A DNA stretch of 11,959 bases from a bacterium (GCA_965202625.1 CBDBBI010000001.1:1-11959), one strand, 5' to 3'; shown: positions 1 to 8,047, counted from the first letter of the stretch. Notes: generated by a model not told the origin, from the sequence alone. Numbers and translations: made by a program.

Positions 1-1
1 G

Positions 2-1012
2 CTCGACGATCAGTGGCATCGGGATCGCTCGGCCAATCTCTCAAAGGTCACCCTCCCGCTCCTCACCTGCGCCAACTGGGGCGGCCAGGGAATTCATCCG
101 CGGGGAAACTTCAACGGCTTTCTGGAGTCGGGCTCCGAGCAAAAGTGGCTTGAGGCCCACGGCGACTCCCACTGGTCGCTGTTCTCGAGCACCTACGGCC
201 TCGACCTTCAAAAGCGCTTTTTCGATCACTTCTTGAAAGAGGTCGACAACGGCTGGGAGAAAACCCCGCGCGTCATGCTCAACGTCCGCCACCCAGGGCC
301 GAAATTCGTCCATCGCTATGAGAACGAATGGCCCTTGGCCCGAACCCGCTGGACAAAGTTTTATCTCGACTTGGAGAACAAGGCACTCGTGGAGGAACCC
401 GTCGCCGCACAAGCGCGCCTCGAATATGAAGGCATGGGCGAAGGCGTGACCTTCTGGATGCCCCCGATGGCGGAGGAGACCGAGATCACCGGCCCGATGG
501 CGGCGAAGCTCTTCGTCTCCTCATCCACGCAGGACGCCGACCTCTTCCTCATCGTCCGCGTGTTCGACCCGGAGGGTAAGGAACTCACCTTCATGGGCTC
601 TACCGATCCGCACACCCCAATCGCCAACGGCTGGTTACGCGCCTCGCACCGCGCCCTGGATCCAGAGAAAAGCTCGTTCTGGCGTCCCTACCATCCCCAC
701 GACAGAGTGGATTCACTCACCCCCGGCGAGGCATATGAGTGCGACGTGGAGATAGTCGCCTCGTGCATCGTCGTTCCCGCTGGTTGGCGGGTGGCGTTCA
801 CCGTGCGCGGCAAGGACTACGAATACACAGGCCCTCTCAGTGACTTCGGAAGAGCGTTTCATTATTCCACCAAAGGCACGGGCGGGATGACGCACAACGA
901 CCTCGACGATCGCCCTCAAGCGGTTTTCGACAACAAAGTCGCCCTCCACGCCGGCGGTGGGCGAGACCCCTACCTGCTCCTGCCCATCATTCCCCCGAAA
1001 GACGGGGGGTAA
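2..1012 (+). CDS. CocE/NonD family hydrolase (peptidase S15 / X-Pro dipeptidyl-peptidase C-terminal domain), 5' end outside the window
   Basis: The frame of ORF 233..1012 stays open back to position 2 (LDDQWHRDRSANLSKVTLPLLTCANWGGQGIHPRGNF...RFFDHFLK). It shows PepX_C-type segments EWPLARTRWTKFYL, ETEITGP, DADLF and GWLRASHR. The catalytic Ser region lies upstream of the window. Confidence 0.88.
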   Translation, partial: LDDQWHRDRSANLSKVTLPLLTCANWGGQGIHPRGNFNGFLESGSEQKWLEAHGDSHWSLFSSTYGLDLQKRFFDHFLKEVDNGWEKTPRVMLNVRHPGPKFVHRYENEWPLARTRWTKFYLDLENKALVEEPVAAQARLEYEGMGEGVTFWMPPMAEETEITGPMAAKLFVSSSTQDADLFLIVRVFDPEGKELTFMGSTDPHTPIANGWLRASHRALDPEKSSFWRPYHPHDRVDSLTPGEAYECDVEIVASCIVVPAGWRVAFTVRGKDYEYTGPLSDFGRAFHYSTKGTGGMTHNDLDDRPQAVFDNKVALHAGGGRDPYLLLPIIPPKDGG

Positions 1013-1024
1013 TACAGGAGAGAA

Positions 1025-1458
1025 CATCATAAAAAAGTAAAAAAGAAGGCGATAGCGTCGCTCGGCAGACGTCACCCGCGAGAGACGACGTTCGCAGAGG
1101 ACGCATGAGCGTGCGCGCCTGACGGAGCGGGACATGGCTTCTCACGTTCAAAAAGCGGATACGTCAGTCCCTAGAAATGCTCGACTCTACGCCCTTTTCG
1201 CTTCTCGCGCTTGTAGAGCGGTTTGCCGCTCATCCCCCCAGAGGGAATATGCGCATTCGGCCTTTGAGGGCGTCCGCTCCAGAGAAAGAAAAGATCATCC
1301 CTCCTGGTCGTCGGCCTTCCCTGAAACGACACGAGCGTCCGAGAGAGCGGGACAGCGATTGGACCACCCTTAAGGGGACGCAAAAAAGAACAGGCGCTGT
1401 TTGACGAAGGCAAGACACATGAAAGGGTGCTCAGAACCTGCCACGCATCATAAAAAGT
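1025..1458. repeat. Short direct repeat CATCATAAAAA(A)GT at both ends of the convergent spacer
   Basis: CATCATAAAAAAGT at 1025-1038 and CATCATAAAAAGT at 1446-1458: 11 bp identical, then GT after a one-A length difference. Confidence 0.6.
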
Positions 1459-2219
1459 CAGCCGACGGTGCCCCGGCCGCCGTCCACCACGATGTGCTGT
1501 CCGGTGAGGTAATCCGAAGCGGCGGAGCACAGGAAAAGCGCGGCCCCCGCAACGTCATCGGGCGTGCCGGCGCGTCCCGCCGGAGTACGCGCGAATACTT
1601 CGCTCATCTTCTCGGGGTTTGCGAACAGGCCCGCCGTCATCGGCGTGCGTGTGAGTTGCGGCCCTAGGGCGTTCACCTGAACCCCATGCGGTGCCCATTC
1701 GAGTGCCAGCGCGCGCACAAGAGAGACAAGAGCGCCCTTGGTAGCGATGTACGCGGACTGGTTCGGCACCGCGCGCTCAGCCACCATGGAGGTGAGAAGA
1801 ACGATTTTTCCGCCGCCCTCGGATATCATGACCCTGGCGGCTTCTTGTGCGCAAAAAAAAGCCCCGCGCACGTTGGAGGCCAAAAGCGCATCCACGTCCT
1901 CGGGCGTGTGATCGAGAGCGGACTTCACGATGTTCATCGCCGCGCTGTGCACCAAGGTGTGAAGCTTCCCCTCGCGCGCCGCCGCCCTCACCAGGCCGGA
2001 GACCGACTCTGTGTCCGCAACATCGCAAGGGTGGAACTGCGCAGTCAGATTATCCGTCCGGAAGGCCCCGAGTGCCTCGCTTCCCCGTTCCGGGGAGCGG
2101 CCCGCGAGAACGACGCGCGCGCCTGAGCGCGCGAGCGCTTTGCCTATCGCCAGGCCGATGCCGGACGTGCCGCCCGTAACGATGGCGACGCGACCATCCA
2201 TACGGAATTGCTCCATCAT
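1458..2219 (-). CDS. Classical short-chain dehydrogenase/reductase (gluconate 5-dehydrogenase / 2-deoxy-D-gluconate 3-dehydrogenase-like), 253 aa
   Basis: TGGTSGIG Rossmann motif, YIATK (YxxxK), VNALGP and YLTGQHIVVDGG. Start reassigned to ATG 2219 (MMEQFRMDGRVAIV), which has a GGGGAG RBS 7 nt upstream. The AGRS after beta-2 hints at NADP(H) (inference). Confidence 0.92.
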   Translation of the reverse strand: MMEQFRMDGRVAIVTGGTSGIGLAIGKALARSGARVVLAGRSPERGSEALGAFRTDNLTAQFHPCDVADTESVSGLVRAAAREGKLHTLVHSAAMNIVKSALDHTPEDVDALLASNVRGAFFCAQEAARVMISEGGGKIVLLTSMVAERAVPNQSAYIATKGALVSLVRALALEWAPHGVQVNALGPQLTRTPMTAGLFANPEKMSEVFARTPAGRAGTPDDVAGAALFLCSAASDYLTGQHIVVDGGRGTVG

Positions 2220-2244
2220 CGTTTCGCTCCCCAAAAGTCGCGGC

Positions 2245-3054
2245 TCAAAGGCGCGCCCTGAGATATTCCATCGTCCTGGTCGCCGCCGTCTCGAAATCGG
2301 GCTTCTGGGCGAGTTGGGCGGAGAGATAACCCGAATAGCCCACTTCGCTGAGCGCGGCGATGATCTCATCAAAGGGAATATGGCCGGAACCCGGATAGGT
2401 GCGCGTGTTGTCGGCGACATGAAAATAATCGATTCTTTCCCCCGCCTCGCGGATTGAGGCGGCGAAGGAGACATCCTCAATGTTCATGTGAAAGCTGTCT
2501 ATCAACAAACCCAGTGCCTCGTGGTTCATCTTATCAAGAAACGCCAAACCCTCCTGCGTGGAGCGCACGAAGTTCGTGTTGAAACGGTGATGGGGCTCGA
2601 ACAACATGCGAACGCCGCGCTCGGCCGCCCTGTCCGCGCCCGCCCTGAGCGCGTCCCACATCCAGACTTCGGATTCCTCTCTTCGCTCTCCATCCAGGAG
2701 GTTCCCCCGGAAGCGGCCAATGTTCACTGGGCAGCCAAGCGCGCCGGCGAAGTCGATATGCGTGAAGAGACGCTCCAAGGCCTGAGCGCGCGTGTTGGTG
2801 TTCGGATGACACAATTCAATCTTGTCCTGATAAGATATTGGCGCCGTGCCGATGAGGGAAACCTCAAGACCCGATTCCTCCAGCGCGCTGCACAGCGCGT
2901 CCTGCTCAAAAGCCTCTGCGTCCCGAACTGCAAGTTCGACGCCATCAAAACCCAAGCTCTTCAAAAACGAGAGATTCTCCTTGAACGCGCCTCGCACCGC
3001 GGGCATCAGGGGCGTCGTGACGTCAGGCGTGGCGACCACGTAGCCGATCTTCAT
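2245..3054 (-). CDS. Sugar phosphate isomerase/epimerase, AP endonuclease 2 TIM barrel, resembling IolO (5-keto-L-gluconate epimerase) / D-tagatose 3-epimerase family
   Basis: GFDGVELAVRD, EP..RF.TNF, DSFHMNIED and HVADN.R.YPGSGH motifs. AGGAG RBS upstream. It ends 25 bp before the SDR start, implying an operon. Confidence 0.88.
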   Translation of the reverse strand: MKIGYVVATPDVTTPLMPAVRGAFKENLSFLKSLGFDGVELAVRDAEAFEQDALCSALEESGLEVSLIGTAPISYQDKIELCHPNTNTRAQALERLFTHIDFAGALGCPVNIGRFRGNLLDGERREESEVWMWDALRAGADRAAERGVRMLFEPHHRFNTNFVRSTQEGLAFLDKMNHEALGLLIDSFHMNIEDVSFAASIREAGERIDYFHVADNTRTYPGSGHIPFDEIIAALSEVGYSGYLSAQLAQKPDFETAATRTMEYLRARL

Positions 3055-3299
3055 CCAACCTAACTCCTCTCAGAGTCGTTTGAGCAAAAATACGCAATCA
3101 TCCCCGGCAGGCGTTCCGCTCATCGACGTCCCGGCCCGGCGGCGAGCGCAGGAAAGAATAACCCACCTGCTCCACATTTTCATAGCCTAGCGGACCTTAT
3201 GCAAAAAAAATGCTCTGCCCCACTTTCTCGCAAGGAGGAGCGAGAGCGACCCGCGAATGCGGGGGAGCGTTCCGAAAACCTTTCCACCCATTTTTTCAA

Positions 3300-3586
3300 T
3301 TACAGCCCGAACAATCTTCTTGCCGTGCCAACCAGAATTTTATCCTCATCCCCGGCGGACGGGCCCAGACTCTCAACCTGCGAAAAAATAGACACCGGCT
3401 CGCTCTCCGGCCAACAGGAACCGATGAGCAGCCGATCTGCGCCGACTTCCTCCACCGCGCGCCGCATCCAGCTCACGGGCGCGCCGCCAATCTTGTCCAT
3501 CGCCCGCAAAACTTCCTCGGCCCCCGCTTGCGGCGATGGCCATGGTGGAGTGCGAGGTGCGCGCGAGGTTCGATCACCGCACCCAC
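3300..3586 (-). pseudogene. Remnant of an amidohydrolase_2-family gene with a large internal deletion
   Basis: The C-terminus RRAVEEVGADRLLIGSCWP...DEDKILVGTARRLFGL* matches the typical GADRILFGSDWP...KILGGNARRLF end. It directly follows an N-terminal-like stretch (GGAG RBS, GTG 3586, VIEPRAHL, frameshift, EEVLRAMDKIG). Only ~95 codons remain. Confidence 0.65.
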
Positions 3587-3629
3587 GAGTATCTCCACGA
3601 AAACACAAATCTACCGGGACGGAGCGCAC

Positions 3630-4278
3630 TGGCTGCTTCACGGCGCAATCGATACCCACATCCACGCGGCACCCAACCTGCTTCCGCGCGTCTGCGACCA
3701 CATTGAGTGTGTGCGCGGCGCGGCTTCAGTGGGGATGCGAGGGGTGGTGTTCAAAGTCCATTACGGAGACACGATGGGCCGCATCCCCATCGTCCGGGCC
3801 GTGCTCGGCGACGCGAAAATCTGCCTGAGCACGGGACACTTGAGCGTCGACGAGGTACGCACCCTCATCTTGCGAAAAAGGAGGGAGTGAAACACATCAT
3901 CGTTCAACACCCGGAATACATCGTGGACGCATCCATAGAGGAGCAGGTGGAGTTCGCCCAAATGGGGGCCGTACATCGGAGCATCTGGCGATTTTCTGCT
4001 TCACCTATTCGGGCGCGTACCCCACGTATAAGAAGGCCCCGCCCATATCCGCCAAGGAGCAGGCGAAAATGGTGAAAGACGTAGGCCCCGCGCGGACGAT
4101 TCTCTCCACCGATCTCGGCCAACTGCACAACGCGCCTCCCTAGGAGGGCTTGCGCGTGTTCGTTCAGCTCATGCTGGAGAACAGCGTCAAGCCCCAGGAG
4201 ATCGAGACGATGCTGCACAAAAATCCGGCCAACGTGCTTGGTCTTTCGCTCAAATCCCCGAAGCGGGCGGCGGGCTAA
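3630..4278 (+). pseudogene. Remnant of a DUF6282-like amidohydrolase-fold gene
   Basis: Pieces in three frames: LLHGAIDTHIHAAP..PR...GMRGVVFKVH, then LSTGHLS; frameshift ~3870; GVKHIIVQHPE...SIEEQVEFAQMGA; indels ~3968-3982; EHLA...VGPARTILSTDLGQLHNAPP*EGL...NPANVLGL. In-frame TAG at 4141-4143, final TAA at 4276-4278, and no start codon visible. Confidence 0.75.
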
Positions 4279-4363
4279 AATTCCATCGGATGATGAGGGT
4301 CCTCGACGCGCGCGTATCGGCCCGTCGAGAGGCGGCCCGGGCGGGACGCCTCGGGCGGGAACC

Positions 4364-5653
4364 CTACAAAGAATGAGATGCGTCGCGAACGAACCTCCCT
4401 AGGCGCGCTTTCGTCTCCTCTCCGAAACTCTCGAACATATCGAGCGTGGCGCGCTTGCTTCCCTCCACAGCCGGCTGGTCGAAGGGGTTCACGTCGCGCA
4501 GCAAGCCTCCATAAACGGCCGCCCACTGCCAGAGCGCAATGAGACGGCACACGTCAGCGACGGCAAGGGAATCGAGCGTGAGCACCATATGGGGGGTGCC
4601 CCTGTCCTCGGCTTCCTGGACGACGCCCGCGTGCTCGAGACGAAGAAACTCGGCGCAGGTGACCCCCCGCGCGAGGTGCGCATCCTGCGCGAATCGCTCG
4701 ACGCACAGCGAGATGCCCACCATGCTCTCCCGACCCCCAAAATACCTTTGATTCGTATGATGCTGGCTCTCGGGCGCTTGCGCCTGAAGAATCGTCTGAC
4801 CGCGCCCGGCCTTGCAGTAGCTCTCATGGACGAGCTGAACGATGAGTTCGCCAACGCCTGAGAGCGCGTGAGCGTAAATCGGCATAAAGACCTCTCCATA
4901 ACCGACTCTCTCCGCCCTCCACAGGCACAAGGCCAGATATTTCGCCATGTTCTCGTGGACGGGAGAAGCGGGACGGAGCACTTGGTGAGCGTCGGCGAAA
5001 GCGGCGTCAACTTCTCTGGCGAGCACCGTGTTCCCATCGAGCAGCGCAAGGGGCAGGAGCGCGTTGTTCTGCGCGGCGGTGAACCGCCCGCCCACATCGT
5101 CGGGATGGGGAAAGGTCTCGAGTCGCGCGGCGGCGACCATCGAAGTCAGTTTGCTCGGCCCAGATGAGGTGATAGCCACCGCCGGATAGCCGCGCTTCAG
5201 CAGGAGCATGGTCTCCTGAATGACGTTTTCCGTGTTTCCGGACTTGCTCACAGGAACCAGGAGCGTATTCTCGGGCCGAAACGCACCATCGCACCGCAGC
5301 AACTCTCCAAGCAATCCGCTCACGTCCGTCCCGTCGAGCAAATGCAGCCTTCTGGAGAAACCCCTCTCAAGGAGCGCCAGATACAAGGCCCAGACGTTTC
5401 TTATCGACCCGCCGTTGCCGACGACGACGACGTGCGCCTTCCCGTCCGCCAGCCTCAGACTAGCCTCCATGCGATCGATATCCGCGCGCTCGACGGCGAA
5501 ATGAGGCTTCCCCGCTCCCCCTTGATGCCGCGCTATCCATTCCGCGCACCGCTCAGCGTCATCCAAAAGGGCTATTTTCTCGCGCCACAGGTCGTCTTTG
5601 CCCCTCTCCCCAAGCGGCGCATCAAAATTCTTCGAATACAGGTGTAAGCGCAA
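4364..5653 (-). CDS. pgi: Glucose-6-phosphate isomerase family protein (double SIS domain), divergent
   Basis: GNGGS, SKSGNTE, VGGRFT, QLVHES.K, QHH..Q and VNPFDQPAVEGSK correspond to the PGI signature regions. TTG start with AAGGGG RBS. The symbol reflects family membership; the substrate is not established. Confidence 0.8.
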   Translation of the reverse strand: MRLHLYSKNFDAPLGERGKDDLWREKIALLDDAERCAEWIARHQGGAGKPHFAVERADIDRMEASLRLADGKAHVVVVGNGGSIRNVWALYLALLERGFSRRLHLLDGTDVSGLLGELLRCDGAFRPENTLLVPVSKSGNTENVIQETMLLLKRGYPAVAITSSGPSKLTSMVAAARLETFPHPDDVGGRFTAAQNNALLPLALLDGNTVLAREVDAAFADAHQVLRPASPVHENMAKYLALCLWRAERVGYGEVFMPIYAHALSGVGELIVQLVHESYCKAGRGQTILQAQAPESQHHTNQRYFGGRESMVGISLCVERFAQDAHLARGVTCAEFLRLEHAGVVQEAEDRGTPHMVLTLDSLAVADVCRLIALWQWAAVYGGLLRDVNPFDQPAVEGSKRATLDMFESFGEETKARLGRFVRDASHSL

Positions 5654-5671
5654 GACCAGCCCCTTATCGTC

Positions 5672-6553
5672 CTACATTAGCGAAAAAACCCCCGCGTCCA
5701 TCGGCCCCTCGTCAAGATGCGCCTTGAAACTGCGCGCGACGATGGGGATCATGCCGGAGGGCGGGAGATTCAGACGATCAAAAACGAACTCCGCCGCATC
5801 TGCAGGCGAGATATCGCCCCCGCTTCGGGACAGCGCCTCCTGAACGAGTCTGTCGATTTCGCCCATATAGCGCGCTCCGCTTTCGATATGCGCCGCAACC
5901 GCTCCATCGCGCGAGACGGCCCGACTCATGGCGGACAACAAAACTCTCGCCTCCCCGATGGACTTGAGCTTCTGCAGACTCTGCAGCGTGGATGCCACGC
6001 CCTCATAGATGGGCAGCGCCCCCGGCTCGGGCAGCACGTCGCCGCAGATGAGCACGCCATCCTCAGGAATGAAAAAAGAGAGACTTCCCTCCGAATGGCC
6101 GGGCGTATGAAGCACTTGAACCAGAACCCCGCCCAGCGATATCTCGTCTCCCTCCGAGAGGCGGCCATCCACCTTCACGGGACCTGACGCGGCTTCGCGC
6201 ATTTTACCCACCGGACGAACGCGATTCTGATAATCCAGATCCTCAATCATTCCTTTTTCGATTCCAGACGCCCAGAACCTGGGGCGCGCTCTGTGCGCTA
6301 TCAGACCATTACCCCCGATATGATCGAAATGCGAATGCGTATGGATGACGTGGGCTATCTCTTCGGGTTTTCGGTCGATGGATTCAATGTAATCAAATAT
6401 CGCAGGAGCGGTGGAGGCGACGCCCGTATCAACGAGGGCGAGTGCATCGCCGACGAGAACGCAGGACGTCACGAACCGAGGAATGCGCACGCCCCTCGAC
6501 GTCTCGATTTCAAATTCTAGCCAGAGGCAATGCACGTGAGGCGTGATTCGCAT
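5672..6553 (-). CDS. MBL-fold metallo-hydrolase (glyoxalase II-like)
   Basis: LVDTG, THSHFDHIGG (HxHxDH), HTPGHSEGS and CGD motifs. Probable start is ATG 6553 (MRITPHVH); TTG 6565 is the alternative. It ends 18 bp before the PGI-like gene. Confidence 0.9.
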   Translation of the reverse strand: MRITPHVHCLWLEFEIETSRGVRIPRFVTSCVLVGDALALVDTGVASTAPAIFDYIESIDRKPEEIAHVIHTHSHFDHIGGNGLIAHRARPRFWASGIEKGMIEDLDYQNRVRPVGKMREAASGPVKVDGRLSEGDEISLGGVLVQVLHTPGHSEGSLSFFIPEDGVLICGDVLPEPGALPIYEGVASTLQSLQKLKSIGEARVLLSAMSRAVSRDGAVAAHIESGARYMGEIDRLVQEALSRSGGDISPADAAEFVFDRLNLPPSGMIPIVARSFKAHLDEGPMDAGVFSLM

Positions 6554-6581
6554 ATTGAATATCAAGCGAGGGGAGTGTCAA

Positions 6582-6920
6582 TCAAACAGAAACCGGTGAC
6601 CTTCTTCGATTCAAGATCGGCAGAGCACCGTCCTCTAATTCGCACTCGTTCTGCCAAGTCCGCTCAACCTTCTCCAACTCTTCACATTCGCGCCAATGGA
6701 AGAAAAAATCTCTGCCGTTCTCGGTCTTTGAGATCTTTTTCGGATCATACAGATGATTTTCGAAGCACCGCCGCAGGTCTTCAGTGAGTCCTACATAGAG
6801 AACATCGCCTTGAAACGTTGTGAGCACCTAACACCCGGATTTCTCGGGGATGAAGCTGCGTCGGTTGCGACGGAAGTTCTGGCGGTGCTCTGGCGTGGGG
6901 TTCAGAAGTTCAATCTTCAT
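6582..6920 (-). pseudogene. Small GIY-YIG nuclease family gene (112 codons) interrupted by an in-frame TAG
   Basis: From ATG 6920: MKIELLNPTPEHRQNFRRNRRSFIPEKSGC*VLTTFQGDVLYVGLTEDLRRCFENHL...LEKVERTW...LPILNR. P..SGC(Y)-x10-YVG is the GIY-YIG hairpin. TAG lies at 6828-6830, and the start overlaps the upstream stop (ATGA). Confidence 0.82.
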
Positions 6921-8047
6921 AACTCAATCTCGGCGGACATGGATGGTTTGTGGAGCGCCTTAACCATTTCTTGGGCCAAGTGACCTATCGTTGCCACGTT
7001 TAACCCACTTGCCTTTCCACCCCTGATCCACCATTGGGCGTGCCCAACGCCTGCGAACTCGCCCTCAACGTTCTCAAAACAAACCGAGAGCAGATCCTTC
7101 ATTGCGTCTATGGTGAACTTCTTATCGCCTTGAAGTTTTGTGAAAAATGGAATGGAAAATCGGCAAAATAACTCCACGCCATTGTATCTATACAATGTCG
7201 ATGCATTCCCATTATCATCTAAAATAGTGGAGATGGCCTTCCAGTAATTAAGAAATATTCTTTTCTCTTTATCAAAATCATTCAGAACGGCTATTGGGTT
7301 ATTTCCGTTTAATACGTATTTAACGATTGCCTTCACAAATGATCTTTGATTTATCTTGTTGTTCCTAGACGGGTCATTAGCCATCTTTATTCGTTCACGC
7401 CAAGGAGAGTCGGGGGTCTCATTCAGAAAGGTCACCAGTTTCACGGCCTTGTCGACTTCCCGCCTTTCCACGATGTTCATAATCCATTTGGGCAGGTTTG
7501 GAATATTTTCAACGTCTAGGGACTCGGTCAATCGGGACACGATTTGTTGTTCCACGGACTTATCGACGCTTTTCTGCGTCGTGTTGACGATCAAGAAATG
7601 GCACATTTGATGGAGTGGCGGTAAGTCCGCAGCGATGTTGACTGGAACCATGAATTCAAGCACTCGATCATCTCGCATGGCAGCCATCTTCAGACCTTCC
7701 AAGCGATGTTGTCCATCCACGACACTAAATGGTGCAATGTCATCCGTGTTGAAATTGATCGTATTTGTACTCTCGTGGAAATCAAGGGTTTTTTTAGTCG
7801 CCAAAAACACCGATGTTGGCAGGAACGCATCCTGAGAATCCTGCCCCTTCACGATATAATCTGCCAGCTTTTTGGCCCGTGCCCGGTTCAGGAGCCGTTG
7901 ATAGCCGGAGTCGCTCACGTGACTCGGGTCCAAGGTCTCGATAGAGTAGAAATTATCTTGGATCAAAACTTTGACCTTTATCGCTGTCGAAAAGAGGGTC
8001 AAGTCACCTTGCTGCACCTTGGCCGCAGGCAGTTTCAATAACGCCAT
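6917..8047 (-). CDS. DGQHR domain-containing protein (DndB / ParB-like superfamily), 376 aa
   Basis: GYQR motif, FLPTSVFL, VVDGQHR (DGQHR at 7703-7717) and FLIVNTTQKSVDKS, matching the F..iN..qK.v..s pattern of DGQHR proteins. ATG 8047 has a GGAGA RBS 7 nt upstream and is preferred over TTG 8065. Confidence 0.9.
   Translation of the reverse strand: MALLKLPAAKVQQGDLTLFSTAIKVKVLIQDNFYSIETLDPSHVSDSGYQRLLNRARAKKLADYIVKGQDSQDAFLPTSVFLATKKTLDFHESTNTINFNTDDIAPFSVVDGQHRLEGLKMAAMRDDRVLEFMVPVNIAADLPPLHQMCHFLIVNTTQKSVDKSVEQQIVSRLTESLDVENIPNLPKWIMNIVERREVDKAVKLVTFLNETPDSPWRERIKMANDPSRNNKINQRSFVKAIVKYVLNGNNPIAVLNDFDKEKRIFLNYWKAISTILDDNGNASTLYRYNGVELFCRFSIPFFTKLQGDKKFTIDAMKDLLSVCFENVEGEFAGVGHAQWWIRGGKASGLNVATIGHLAQEMVKALHKPSMSAEIEL

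Noticed and set aside
2220-2480. 87-aa N-terminal extension of the SDR ORF
   Set aside because: It overlaps the epimerase gene, and a good RBS precedes ATG 2219.
3199-3890. Long + strand ORFs 3199..3828 and 3210..3890 as intact genes
   Set aside because: Only the part of 3210..3890 after ~3630 has family-like sequence. The rest is antisense to the amidohydrolase remnant or non-coding.
5924-5941. MBL gene lacks the last conserved His (LLSAMS instead of PGH)
   Set aside because: From memory, a similar LLS(A/S)W segment occurs in a subfamily of these hydrolases, so it is probably not unique. This is unverified, so it is not raised as a finding.
6554-6581. TTGACA (6581-6576, minus strand) as the -35 box of an MBL promoter
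   Set aside because: At 16-17 nt spacing the -10 box would abut or overlap the ATG, leaving no room for a transcription start.
6828-6830. TAG in the GIY-YIG gene (and TAG at 4141-4143) as recoding, pyrrolysine or an alternative genetic code
   Set aside because: TAG is a normal stop for the EamA, MBL and PGI-like genes here, no pyl genes are visible, and both genes carry other lesions. Nonsense mutation is the simpler reading.
6917-8047. Calling the DGQHR gene dndB of a phosphorothioation system
   Set aside because: No dndA/C/D/E or ssp genes are in the window, and the motif alone does not establish orthology.
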